Below, in pieces: positions 31,240 through 41,099 of a DNA stretch of 64,000 nucleotides. Position 1 is the first letter of the stretch, and each line of letters begins with the position of its first letter. A program made the position numbers and the translations under genes. Below the pieces are notes generated by a model. The model searched no databases. It had not been told where the DNA came from and saw only the letters and a program-made list of their open reading frames with translations. The DNA comes from an uncultured Hellea sp. GTDB taxonomy: Bacteria > Pseudomonadota > Alphaproteobacteria > Caulobacterales > Maricaulaceae. Where the stretch lies: positions 15,451 through 79,450 of the forward strand of contig CAZNWH010000001.1 of NCBI GenBank assembly GCA_964576765.1. Direction: 5' to 3'.

Positions 31240-32433
31240 ATGCAAAATTCAAAAGGTGCTTTGGACGGCATAAAAGTCGTTGAGCTCGGCCAGTTTATAG
31301 CCGGACCTTTTTGCGGCCAGCTCATGGGCGATATGGGCGCGGATGTTATTAAGGTTGAAGCGCCGGGCAAAGGCGACGGCATGAGAGCTTGGGGTAACGG
31401 TGAGCACAAAGTGTGGTGGGAAGTTATTGGCCGTAACAAACGATCCGTGACAGCCAATCTGCGCGAAGAAAAAGGTCAAGATCTTGTCCGAAGTCTTTTA
31501 AAAACTGCCGATATTATGATTGAAAACTTTAAGCCGGGAACTATTGAACGCTGGGGTTTGAGCCCGGAACACTTGCACGCTATTAATCCTGGTCTGATAA
31601 TAGTGCGTATTTCCGGCTATGGACAAACGGGCCCTTATTCAAGCCGTGCCGGATTTGGCGGCGTTGCTGAAGCCATGAGCGGGTTGCGGGCCATTGTTGG
31701 CGAACCTGATCGTCCACCCTCGCGCGTCGGTATTTCCATCGGAGATACATTAGCGGCGTCTTATGGCTGTATGGGAGCGCTTGCGGCGCTTCATTCACGC
31801 GCAAAGACAGGTAAGGGTCAAGTTGTCGATGCTGCGCTTTATGAATCTATCTTGCAGGTTATGGAAAGCCTCATCCCTGAATACGATGTTTCAGGATTTG
31901 TAAGACAGCGTTATGGGTCCATATTGCCTGGGATTGCTCCGTCTAACGTCTATCCATGTTCTGACGGGGATTATATGATTGGCGGAAATGGAGACGCCAT
32001 ATTTGCGCGCCTGGCAAGCGCGATGGGACGTCCAGACATGGTGCAGGACCCACGTTATGCAACCCATATTGCGCGGGGAAAGCATCAAACAGAGCTTGAT
32101 AACATAATCTCCGGATGGACGAAAAGCATGACCGTCGATCAGCTAGAAGCTCTGATGGAAGAAAATAGTGTTCCCGCCGGCAGGATTTATAGAGCAGCGG
32201 ACATGCTCGCCGATCCGCATTTTAAAGCGCGAGAAGCGATAACCAGTATTGATCACCCCGTTCACGGTAAAGTTCATATGCAAAATTGCTTTCCACTATT
32301 ATCGAATACCCCAAGCTCGGTACGCAAAGCTGCGCCCATCGTCCCCGGTGAGGACAATGAAGCAATTTATTCAGACATGCTAAATCTTAGCAAAGCTCAG
32401 ATCGAGCAGCTTGCGAAAGAAGGCATCATATAA
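31240..32433 (+). CDS. Class III CoA-transferase (CaiB/BaiF)
   Basis: IAGPF..GADVIKVE, RNKRS, ENFKPG, ISGYGQTGP; ATG 31240. Confidence 0.93.
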   Translation: MQNSKGALDGIKVVELGQFIAGPFCGQLMGDMGADVIKVEAPGKGDGMRAWGNGEHKVWWEVIGRNKRSVTANLREEKGQDLVRSLLKTADIMIENFKPGTIERWGLSPEHLHAINPGLIIVRISGYGQTGPYSSRAGFGGVAEAMSGLRAIVGEPDRPPSRVGISIGDTLAASYGCMGALAALHSRAKTGKGQVVDAALYESILQVMESLIPEYDVSGFVRQRYGSILPGIAPSNVYPCSDGDYMIGGNGDAIFARLASAMGRPDMVQDPRYATHIARGKHQTELDNIISGWTKSMTVDQLEALMEENSVPAGRIYRAADMLADPHFKAREAITSIDHPVHGKVHMQNCFPLLSNTPSSVRKAAPIVPGEDNEAIYSDMLNLSKAQIEQLAKEGII

Positions 32434-32495
32434 ATCGATAGTTTAGAAATGAAGAATTTTGCAGCCTGGACGGCTTGTCAAAAAAGGAAAATAAA

Positions 32496-33674
32496 ATGAA
32501 CGCAAATACAGTTTTGGATGTACCCAAAGCCGCTTGGAGAGACGACGAAGAGATTATTATGTTCGATGATCTCGTGAAAAAATTCTTTCAAAAAGAATGT
32601 GAACCCTATGTTGATGAGTGGAGTAAGGACGGAATCGTTCCAAAGGATATTTGGCTTAAAGCCGGTGAGCTTGGAATTTTAGGGACCTGTGTTCCTGAGG
32701 AATATGGCGGCATTGGCGGAGATTTCCGGCATGACGCCATTCTGACAGAGCGGGTCACATGGCACAAACTCGACGGTTGGGGCCTAGGTTTGCACAACGC
32801 GATTACTATTCCCTATATTCTGGAATATGGAACAGAAGAGCAGAAAAAGCGCCTTTTACCAAAGTGTATCTCTGGTGAATATGTGACAGCCATTGCGATG
32901 ACTGAGCCCGGGACGGGCTCTGACTTGCAGTCTATAAAAACGACAGCAATTAAAGATGGCAATGAATATGTCCTAAACGGGTCTAAAACATTTATCTCTA
33001 ACGGACAATCTGCAGACCTTATCCTTGTCTGTGCGAAAACAGATCCAAAACTCGGCGGGAAAGGCATTTCTATCATGCTCGTTGAAACGCCTCCGGTTGA
33101 AGGTAAAGGCGGCTTTAAACGGGGTCGTAATCTGGACAAGGTGGGTATCCATATCGCAGATACATCCGAGCTATTTTTTGATAATGTCCGTATCCCAGCA
33201 GATAGTGTTCTGGGCGGCGTTGAAGGGCAGGGTTTTGCTCAGCTTATGGAAAGCCTGCCACAAGAGCGTCATCAAATAGGCGTGACGGCAGTTGCGGCTA
33301 TGGAACTCGCAATCGATTTAACCATCGAATATGTCAAAGACCGCAAAGCCTTTGGAAAGTCAGTTTTAGATTTTCAAAATACTCAGTTCAAACTCGCTGA
33401 AGCAAAAACAACAGCGACTGTGGGAAAAGTTTTTGCTGAGCATTGCACCGAACTGTTGATCAAAGGGGAACTCGATACAGTAACGGCTTCAATGTCAAAA
33501 TATTGGCTTACGGATATGGCCTGTAAAATCATCGACGACTGTGTCCAATTACATGGTGGATATGGGTTTATGAATGAATATCATATTGCCAAAATGTACA
33601 AAGACCAGCGCGTAGCTCGAATCTATGGCGGTACAAACGAAATCATGAAACTCGTTATCGCGCGTTCTCTATAG
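32496..33674 (+). CDS. Acyl-CoA dehydrogenase (long-chain type)
   Basis: AMTEPGTGSDL, LPQER, QLHGGYG, IYGGTNEIMK. Confidence 0.95.
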   Translation: MNANTVLDVPKAAWRDDEEIIMFDDLVKKFFQKECEPYVDEWSKDGIVPKDIWLKAGELGILGTCVPEEYGGIGGDFRHDAILTERVTWHKLDGWGLGLHNAITIPYILEYGTEEQKKRLLPKCISGEYVTAIAMTEPGTGSDLQSIKTTAIKDGNEYVLNGSKTFISNGQSADLILVCAKTDPKLGGKGISIMLVETPPVEGKGGFKRGRNLDKVGIHIADTSELFFDNVRIPADSVLGGVEGQGFAQLMESLPQERHQIGVTAVAAMELAIDLTIEYVKDRKAFGKSVLDFQNTQFKLAEAKTTATVGKVFAEHCTELLIKGELDTVTASMSKYWLTDMACKIIDDCVQLHGGYGFMNEYHIAKMYKDQRVARIYGGTNEIMKLVIARSL

Positions 33675-33683
33675 CTCGTAACA

Positions 33684-35102
33684 ATGACTTCAGGGCCAAA
33701 AACTTTATTTGATAAGATATGGGATCAGCATATGATTGTGCCGGAAACTCCGGAGCATCCTGCAACAATCTATATCGATTTTCATCTCATCAACGAAGTG
33801 ACAAGCCCTCAAGCCTTTTCAATGTTAAGCGAACGAGGTCTGGGGGTGCATCGCCCGGAAAAGGCCATCGCCACAATTGATCATTCAACACCGACCTTGG
33901 TTAATGAGGACGGAAGTCGGCCTTATATTACGCCACAAAGCGAGGTGCAGGTTGAAACTTTGATTGCCAATGCCAAGGCTAACAATATTGAGGTTCACGA
34001 CTGGGAAAGTAATAACCGAGGGATTGTCCACGTTATTGGCCCGGAACTTGGGGCTACGCAGCCCGGTATGACAATTGTTTGCGGTGACAGTCATACCGCA
34101 ACGCACGGAGCGTTTGGGGCGATTGCCTTTGGAATTGGAACGACCCAGATCAGCCATGTATTGGCGTATCAAAGCTTATTGCTGCGTAGACCAAAAACGA
34201 TGGCAATTACCGTAGAAGGAAAACTGGCGGATGGCGTATCGGCTAAGGATGTTATCCTGGCGATTATCGCAAAAATCGGGGTTGGTGGAGGCACGGGATA
34301 TGCGATTGAATATCGCGGAAGTGCTTTTGAATCCATGAGTATGGCCGAGCGTATGACAGTGTGTAATATGTCTATTGAGGCTGGTGCGCGCTACGGATTA
34401 ATCGCACCTGACGACACAACTTTCGAATATCTTCGCGGACGTAGATATACGCCAACTGATTTTGAAGAAGCCTGTAAAACTTGGCGCTCACTCAGGACGG
34501 ATGACGGTGCAGAGTACCATAAAGAAATTTCCCTTAAGGCAGAAGATATCCGCCCTATGGTATCCTATGGAACCCATCCTGGCATGTCAGTCGCGATAGA
34601 TGCGCTTGTACCATCTCCCAAAGACAAGGCGGAAGAAGACGCTTTGACATATATGCAGATTGAAGATGGCGAGGCAATGACGGGACTAAGAGTCGACCGT
34701 GTCTTTATTGGATCTTGCACAAATTCAAGACTGGAAGATCTTCGATCTGCCGCGGCCATTATGCGTGGCGGACAGGTTCCATCAGGGCTTATCGCTATCG
34801 TTGTTCCGGGGTCTGAGCAAGTCAAAAGAGAGGCTGAAAAAGAAGGGCTCGACAAGATATTCATTTCCGCTGGTGCAGAATGGCGGGAGCCGGGGTGCTC
34901 GATGTGCATTGCTATGAATGGTGACATCGCCGCGCCAGGAGAACTCGTCGTCTCGACATCAAATCGAAATTTCTCAGGACGTCAGGGGCCAGGAGCTCGC
35001 ACTATTCTGGCATCCCCGGCAACCGCAGCGGCGACGGCTATAAAAGGTGTATTGACGGATCCGCGCAATGTGCTGGTAGATAGTCTGGAGAATGGGCCTT
35101 AA
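33684..35102 (+). CDS. leuC: 3-isopropylmalate dehydratase-like large subunit
   Basis: EVTSPQAF, CGDSHT, GSCTNSR, GCSMC, STSNRNF. Confidence 0.93.
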   Translation: MTSGPKTLFDKIWDQHMIVPETPEHPATIYIDFHLINEVTSPQAFSMLSERGLGVHRPEKAIATIDHSTPTLVNEDGSRPYITPQSEVQVETLIANAKANNIEVHDWESNNRGIVHVIGPELGATQPGMTIVCGDSHTATHGAFGAIAFGIGTTQISHVLAYQSLLLRRPKTMAITVEGKLADGVSAKDVILAIIAKIGVGGGTGYAIEYRGSAFESMSMAERMTVCNMSIEAGARYGLIAPDDTTFEYLRGRRYTPTDFEEACKTWRSLRTDDGAEYHKEISLKAEDIRPMVSYGTHPGMSVAIDALVPSPKDKAEEDALTYMQIEDGEAMTGLRVDRVFIGSCTNSRLEDLRSAAAIMRGGQVPSGLIAIVVPGSEQVKREAEKEGLDKIFISAGAEWREPGCSMCIAMNGDIAAPGELVVSTSNRNFSGRQGPGARTILASPATAAATAIKGVLTDPRNVLVDSLENGP

Positions 35103-35104
35103 AT

Positions 35105-35686
35105 ATGACGACTATAACAAGTATAACGTCCAAGACTCTGGTGCTAAGCGCAGCAAATATCGATACGGATCAGATCATTCCAGCTCGATATCTAACAGCA
35201 ACGTCTCAAGAGGGATTAGGACAGTATTTATTCTATGACTGGCGCTTTGATGAAAATGGTAAAGCCAATAATCATGTCCTGAACGATGACGCTAGCATAG
35301 AGTGCAAAATCCTTGTTGGAGGTACCAATTTTGGAAGTGGCTCCTCTCGCGAACATGCGCCTTGGGCTCTTATGGATTATGGCTTTCAAGTCATTATTAG
35401 TTCGGAAATTGCCGATATTTTTCGAGGCAATGCGGTCAAAAATGGCTTACTCCCTGTCGTCATTGAAAAAGCGGCGCATGAGTGGCTTTTGGATAATCCG
35501 GGTGAAAAAATCACCGTCGATCTTGCTTTCTGCGAGGTTCGCTTGTCAAAGAATGGTGGAACTTTTCCTTTTGAGATTGATGCCTTCGCGCGCCATTGCC
35601 TTATGCAAGGTTTGGACGAAACAGCTTATCTTGGAAAACAACTGGATGCGATTTTGGAGTTCGAATTGACACACCGAACATTTTAA
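35105..35686 (+). CDS. leuD: 3-isopropylmalate dehydratase-like small subunit
   Basis: NIDTDQIIPARYL, NFGSGSSREHAPWAL. Confidence 0.93.
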   Translation: MTTITSITSKTLVLSAANIDTDQIIPARYLTATSQEGLGQYLFYDWRFDENGKANNHVLNDDASIECKILVGGTNFGSGSSREHAPWALMDYGFQVIISSEIADIFRGNAVKNGLLPVVIEKAAHEWLLDNPGEKITVDLAFCEVRLSKNGGTFPFEIDAFARHCLMQGLDETAYLGKQLDAILEFELTHRTF

Positions 35687-35754
35687 TTCGAACACTTTCA
35701 CCTAATCATTTTCAATCAAACATCTACACCTCAATTGAACAAACGGAATATAAT

Positions 35755-36741
35755 ATGTTTAAAACACGCATTACAGAAAAATTTGGAATTGAAACGCCCA
35801 TAATGATGGGGGGTATGACTGGCGTAGGATATGGGGAGTTGGTCGCTGCGGTTGCAAATGCGGGAGCGCTTGGTTTTATCACAGCGCATATGTTTCCATC
35901 AGGCGAAGCGTTGAAAGAAGAAATCGCCAAAACTCGATCTCTTACCGACAAGCCGTTTGGCGTGAATATGACTTTAATGCCTTCGATCAATCCTATCCCT
36001 TATGATGAGTACCGTAAGGCAATTATCGATAGTGGTGTGAAAATTGTTGAGACTGCGGGCCGAGCGCCGACCGATCACTTGCCTGACTTTGGCGAAGCTG
36101 GTGTCACTGTCATTCATAAATGCACGAGCGTGAGGCATTCAAAATCTGCCGTCAGAAAAGGCGTCAACATGATAAGTATTGATGGGTTTGAAGCCGCTGG
36201 GCACCCGGGCGAAGATGATGTTGGTTTGGTTGTACTACTTCCTGCGACCGTTGATGCTTTGCCCGATACGCCGATTGTTGCGAGTGGCGGCATGGCGGAT
36301 GGACGTAGCCTTGTTGCGGCTTTGTCGCTTGGCGCGGATGCCGTCAATATGGGCACACGTTTTTGCGCAACCCAAGAAGCAAAACTTCATCCGAATTTAA
36401 AACAAAAAATTGTTGAAAACACCGAGCTTGATACGGTATTAGTCGGCCGTAATCTTCGAAATACAACACGGGTGGCACGCAATGCGACATCAGAAAAAGT
36501 TGCTGAAATTCAACGTGATTTCAGCACGACTTTCGATGATGTACGCGATCTCATGTCAGGCGCAAAGGCGCGAGACGCCGTACTGGGCAAAGGTCAAATG
36601 GATGACGGCATTTGGACATCGGGGCAAAGCCAAGCGCTGATACACGAAATTCCAACATGTAAAGAGCTCGTCAGTCAAATCATGGCTGAAGCTGAGTCTA
36701 TCATTAATTCAAGACTCGCGGGAATGGTAAGAACCCATTGA
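35755..36741 (+). CDS. Nitronate monooxygenase/FabK-like flavin oxidoreductase
   Basis: PFGVN, DGFEAAGH, ASGGMADG, MGTRF; ATG 35755. Confidence 0.9.
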   Translation: MFKTRITEKFGIETPIMMGGMTGVGYGELVAAVANAGALGFITAHMFPSGEALKEEIAKTRSLTDKPFGVNMTLMPSINPIPYDEYRKAIIDSGVKIVETAGRAPTDHLPDFGEAGVTVIHKCTSVRHSKSAVRKGVNMISIDGFEAAGHPGEDDVGLVVLLPATVDALPDTPIVASGGMADGRSLVAALSLGADAVNMGTRFCATQEAKLHPNLKQKIVENTELDTVLVGRNLRNTTRVARNATSEKVAEIQRDFSTTFDDVRDLMSGAKARDAVLGKGQMDDGIWTSGQSQALIHEIPTCKELVSQIMAEAESIINSRLAGMVRTH

Positions 36742-37520
36742 AACTTAATATGAGTGCTGAGACTAACTTCGATAAGGCGATAAGACCCGACGAAAAACAG
36801 GACTTGTTGAAAAGCTCGTTTAGGACGACTGATTTGTTTGAGCTTTTGGTGGGTTCAGAGCAACCCGTCACCATAGGTGAAATATCTCAACAGTTAAATA
36901 TTCCGCAATCCAGTTCTTCAAGCCTTGTTAAATCCTTAATGGAGTCAGGCTTTCTACAAAAAGATGAGGCGTCTCGTGGCTATATGCTTTCACCGCGCCT
37001 TCCTTTGTTGGGGCTCAAATATTTGGAGCGATTTCCCACTATCGGTAAGTTAAGAGATCAAGTTGCAGGACTTGCAGAAGCTGTTGATGAAACAACGGTG
37101 TTGGCGATGCGTAATGGGCTATATTCTCAATATATCTACATAAAAAGAAAGAGCCCCCAAATTGTTGATAAGCATGTCAGCTTAGGGTCTCTCCGGCCTT
37201 TGGCGTGCTCGGCCACAGGTTGGGCCATGATGACAGTCTTATCGGAGGAGGAGATTGGGAAGGTTATTCGCGCAACCCATATAAATATCTCGGACAAGCA
37301 TTGGGAGCATAATTTGAAAATTGCTGAGAGCCACATACAGGCCGCCAGAGACAAGGGCTATGCTTTTTCTAGAGCGAGTCAATATTCCAATACTGCAGGA
37401 ATCGCGAAGTTTATTCCCCAATCCGATTCTGGTTCATTTGCAATTTGCATTGCAGGTCCGGAGAAAAGACTCGTGGAAAAAGAGACTGACATCGCAGAGG
37501 CTTTACACGCTTTGACTTAA
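36738..37520 (+). CDS. IclR family regulator
   Basis: N-terminal wHTH (IPQSSSSSLVKSL), RPLACSATG, ARDKGYA. Confidence 0.88.
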   Translation: MKLNMSAETNFDKAIRPDEKQDLLKSSFRTTDLFELLVGSEQPVTIGEISQQLNIPQSSSSSLVKSLMESGFLQKDEASRGYMLSPRLPLLGLKYLERFPTIGKLRDQVAGLAEAVDETTVLAMRNGLYSQYIYIKRKSPQIVDKHVSLGSLRPLACSATGWAMMTVLSEEEIGKVIRATHINISDKHWEHNLKIAESHIQAARDKGYAFSRASQYSNTAGIAKFIPQSDSGSFAICIAGPEKRLVEKETDIAEALHALT

Positions 37521-38875
37521 GCTTCAGGTCTTTTTGCTAATCGGGTGTTGCGCCGTTTTATGGCCGCTCTGATCCGATCCTGCCGTTTACGAGTGAGGCG
37601 CCATCTAAAGATAACAGGAGAAATTGCGAGAAAACCTATTCCCGTCAAAAATCCATAGGTCCAGATTAAAGTCCATGTGCCCTGTGCACCAGTGTCGAGG
37701 ACTTGATATCCCATTAAGCCTGGAAGATTGGTCGCAACTAGTACACCAATCGCGACTGCGCCTTTGTTCACCATGCCCCAAAAGGCAAAGTAAATCCCGG
37801 TTCTGGTCTCACCTGTTCTGGCTTCATCAATATCAATAACATCGGCGGCCATACCATTTGCAAGCACCGTAATAGCCCCGACGGATGTCGCTTTTAGGAG
37901 GGAAAGCGCAAAGAAGATGGCTAACGATCCGCTCGCTAGAACAGGTATCGTCAAACTGATAAAGCCGCCCCAAAGAGCCGCAAAGCCAATCGCCTGATGT
38001 TTGGAATAGCCCTTTGAAAGCCAGAGCCAAAACGGGATTGAGATAACCATAGTCATGATTTCAGAGAGTAGCAGTACGGGAAATAAATCAGGCCTAAAAA
38101 ATATATGTTCAAAGATGAGCGCCTTGAGAGCGCTGGCTCCGAATTCGGACGCGACTAAAACCAGAGAAATAAGAAGCAGGATTTTGAACATGCCATTTCT
38201 CCAGACTTGCCGAATTTTGACAGAAACTGAAACATTCTTCTTTTCAAGGGCAGGTGTCGGCTCTCTGAGCAAGCACATCGATAACGTAAATAATAAGGGC
38301 GTGGCGATGACGGCTATAATGGCCATGATATATAGTTGATCTCCCAAGCCGCCATCTTTAGCCAGGGCGACATAGGAAGCTGCTACAAAACCCAGTAGCA
38401 TGCCAATAAGACCCATGCCTTCGCGCCATCCTGCGATACTGGCCCGTTCATCGTAATAAGGAGACAGTTCAGCGCCCAAGGCTTTGAATGGTAAGTCAAC
38501 CAGAGTGAAGCCAAGATATAAAAGCGCTGACCATATAAAGACATAAGAGAGTCTCACATCATCTGGCGGAACAAAGAGCATCCATACAGCCAGACACATC
38601 AGCGGGAGACCGACAAGGATGACGGGCTTTCTTCGGCCAATGGGCGTTCTCAGTCGATCAGAAATCCAGCCAATCAACGGATCTGTGAATGCGTCCGTAA
38701 CCCGCGTCAGGGCAATCATTAAGCCTATAGCGGCAAGATTAAGACCGCGTTCCGTTTCATAAAATCCGGGAATAAAAGCGATGACTGGGAGCGTTGCGAT
38801 GGAATAGCCGAGATATGGTAGGCCATAGACCATACGCTGCCAAGCTTTTAGCGCTGTATTGGGTTTACGGTTCAT
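37517..38875 (-). CDS. MFS transporter (GPH/MelB-like)
   Basis: DAFTDPLIGWISDRLRTPIGRRKP, ELSPYYDER, ADVIDID. Confidence 0.88.
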   Translation of the reverse strand: MNRKPNTALKAWQRMVYGLPYLGYSIATLPVIAFIPGFYETERGLNLAAIGLMIALTRVTDAFTDPLIGWISDRLRTPIGRRKPVILVGLPLMCLAVWMLFVPPDDVRLSYVFIWSALLYLGFTLVDLPFKALGAELSPYYDERASIAGWREGMGLIGMLLGFVAASYVALAKDGGLGDQLYIMAIIAVIATPLLFTLSMCLLREPTPALEKKNVSVSVKIRQVWRNGMFKILLLISLVLVASEFGASALKALIFEHIFFRPDLFPVLLLSEIMTMVISIPFWLWLSKGYSKHQAIGFAALWGGFISLTIPVLASGSLAIFFALSLLKATSVGAITVLANGMAADVIDIDEARTGETRTGIYFAFWGMVNKGAVAIGVLVATNLPGLMGYQVLDTGAQGTWTLIWTYGFLTGIGFLAISPVIFRWRLTRKRQDRIRAAIKRRNTRLAKRPEA

Positions 38876-39203
38876 ATCGCCCGACCTGTTTAATGCGGTA
38901 ATGGCAATTCTTGGAGGCCGACTCACGCTGTTGAATGTCCAGCGTGGCTTGTGGAAACTCAGATAGCATTACCCCGGTATTAATCGACGTCACTTTCGCG
39001 AAATGTCATGAATATTCCATCATCCAGTTTCCCCTTATTACGTTTCGTTTATCTTGTTTTTGGATTTCACGAACGCATCTTATGCTTATCATTAGGACCT
39101 AAGTCAGTCTATGAATTTAATTTGATGGTAGGCCTAATGTTCGCGTCTTTTTATTGGTTTATTGATCCATGTTCACTTGTTAATTCTTCATTGGTAGGGC
39201 GCA

Positions 39204-39576
39204 TTCCGAAGCACGGCTTCGGAACCGGGCTCTCGTAAACGGAACCCGCGTTCCGCGGTTTCCGCCCGCCGGGCTTTGATCCCTTTCGCTCCTCGCTTTC
39301 GCTGCGGCGGTAAGCGTCGCGCTGCGCGCGCCGGCATTGATGTTGGTTCCCATCCTCGGGGGACGGGGGAGAGCGGTCGGCCAGTCTGCCGAAGGGCAGC
39401 CCGGCCGCAAGCGCTTTGGTGCTAAGTCGTTTTAATATCATAATTGCCGTCCTACCAAACCGCTTGCGCCCGGTCTTCATGACCCTTCGCCTGTCTGGCC
39501 TCCTTGCCGCTCCCCCCCGCCCCCCTGCGGGGGGAACGTGCTCGCGTCTAATTGCTTGGGCGCTGTGCGCCCAATT
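39204..39576 (-). promoter_or_regulatory. GC-rich hairpin cluster upstream of ardA; candidate ssDNA promoter/ssi (Frpo-like)
   Basis: Long imperfect IR 39346-39420 / 39454-39537 plus short hairpins at 39204-39224, 39241-39263, 39557-39575. Confidence 0.6.
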
Positions 39577-39602
39577 CTTGGGGCGGCATTGGAGACAAAC
39601 CG

Positions 39603-40187
39603 ATGACCGAGCACCTAGCCGCAAGTTCTGAATTTATTCCCTTTGGCTATCTGCCAAATTTTCACACCCCCAACCTGTCCACCATCAGAATCTACGTGGC
39701 CTGTCTGGCGGCTTACAATAATGGCTACCTTCACGGACGCTGGATAGACGCCACGCTAGGCGAGTCCCACATTTGGGATGAAACCCGCGCCATGCTGGCC
39801 GCCTCGCCAATTGAAGAGGCCGAGGAATGGGCCATCCATGATTATGAAGGTTTTGAAGGTGCGCCCTTATCCGAGTGGCAGTCTTTTGAAACCGTGGCCG
39901 ATATGGCCGAATTTATCGAAGAGCACGAGGCGTTAGGCGGCAAGTTGATTGAGCATTACGGCGGTGACCTAGGGGACGCCAAGACAGCCCTTGAACATTA
40001 CCACGGCGAATATGAGTCCCTAGAGGATTACGCTAGGCAACATGTTGAGGATTGCGGCCCACAAATACACGACAGCCTTGCGGCCTATATCGACTATAAA
40101 AGCATGGCCCGTGATTGGGAAATGTCAGGCGACATATTTACCATCGAAACCGCTTTCGATGAAGTCCACATTTTCGGGGCGTGGTAA
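39603..40187 (+). CDS. ardA: Antirestriction protein ArdA
   Basis: IYVACLAAYNNGYLHGRWID, EEWAIHDYEGF, YIDYKSMARD; acidic; GGAGA RBS. Confidence 0.95.
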   Translation: MTEHLAASSEFIPFGYLPNFHTPNLSTIRIYVACLAAYNNGYLHGRWIDATLGESHIWDETRAMLAASPIEEAEEWAIHDYEGFEGAPLSEWQSFETVADMAEFIEEHEALGGKLIEHYGGDLGDAKTALEHYHGEYESLEDYARQHVEDCGPQIHDSLAAYIDYKSMARDWEMSGDIFTIETAFDEVHIFGAW

Positions 40188-40387
40188 TGTCCCGCTATCA
40201 GGTCAGACCCCGAGAAGATGGACGCGGCCCCTATCGTTGGTGTCATGTTGTCAGAGCGCGAAACGGAAAAGGACTCCGTCAGGGCAATATTTATCGAACG
40301 CTTGGCGATGACCTGAACGTCAATGAAGTCAGCCGCCTCATCGGGCTTTGCGACAAAGCGGGTTTTGAGTTGCGGAGGGTGGCATGA
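40187..40387 (+). CDS. Hypothetical 66-aa basic protein
   Basis: TAATG overlap with ardA and ATGA overlap with the next gene. Confidence 0.65.
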   Translation: MSRYQVRPREDGRGPYRWCHVVRARNGKGLRQGNIYRTLGDDLNVNEVSRLIGLCDKAGFELRRVA

Positions 40388-40854
40388 CCTTCACGCAAAA
40401 ATTTGATAGCTATGTCTGCCTTGGCGATAGCATTTCCTGCGAGGTCGGAGCCTATACTGTCACGGCCCGTATTACCCATGACGACACACCCGACGCGCCC
40501 GATGAACGTCAAGACGGATTTTGGCCGAGCCTGTATAAAGATGATGCGGGATTTATTGGCGCGGGAAACGGGTGGCGGGAACGTTATGAGCGTCAACAGG
40601 CCAAGGCCGAAGCCATCATGGCTGCTTGGAAAAATGACGAGTGGTTTTATTGCGGCGTCATATTGTCAGTCAAAATTGAATCCCATGAACTTACCGACCA
40701 CGCCGCAAGCCTGTGGGGGATTGAGGCAAATTATCCCGATAGCCAAAATGACTATCTGACCGAGGTCGCGAACGATTTGCTTGGCGATGCCATTGAAGCG
40801 GCTAACGCGGAACAGGCGCGGCAATTGAAAATTCTATCGCGAGTTAATCCATGA
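40384..40854 (+). CDS. Hypothetical acidic protein (leading region)
   Basis: GGAGG RBS, ATGA coupling at both ends; AWKNDEWFYCGV, SLWGIE. Confidence 0.8.
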   Translation: MTFTQKFDSYVCLGDSISCEVGAYTVTARITHDDTPDAPDERQDGFWPSLYKDDAGFIGAGNGWRERYERQQAKAEAIMAAWKNDEWFYCGVILSVKIESHELTDHAASLWGIEANYPDSQNDYLTEVANDLLGDAIEAANAEQARQLKILSRVNP

Positions 40855-41099
40855 CCCGCAATTCTGAAATCACCGACGTCGGCGAACAGACCCTGATTGA
40901 TGAGGTTCGTCCCGTGACACTTGGTGAAAAACTGACCGCCCGAACAACGCATCCCCATTCGTTTTTGGCGGTTCCGAAAAAGAACCCGAATGCCATCCAG
41001 AAATCTTGCGATATTGGCCTTTTTGATGAGGTAGGCCGTGCGCAGATTGACCTTTGTGACCTCATCGCAAAATTGGAGACTTCCAAATGCCAAAAGTAA
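40851..41099 (+). CDS. Hypothetical 82-aa protein
   Basis: ATGA coupled; overlaps the parB start. Confidence 0.6.
   Translation: MTRNSEITDVGEQTLIDEVRPVTLGEKLTARTTHPHSFLAVPKKNPNAIQKSCDIGLFDEVGRAQIDLCDLIAKLETSKCQK

Noticed and set aside
33684..35686. Housekeeping leucine biosynthesis operon
   Set aside because: No leuA, leuB or attenuator nearby, and the context is catabolic; gene symbols reflect family only.
38930..39200. att site or element boundary at the GC shift
   Set aside because: No tRNA end, integrase or matching direct repeat found by eye.
39151..39631. Several overlapping ORFs in the GC-rich region before ardA
   Set aside because: Low-complexity Arg/Pro/Gly translations arising from the hairpin sequence; no RBS or family motifs.
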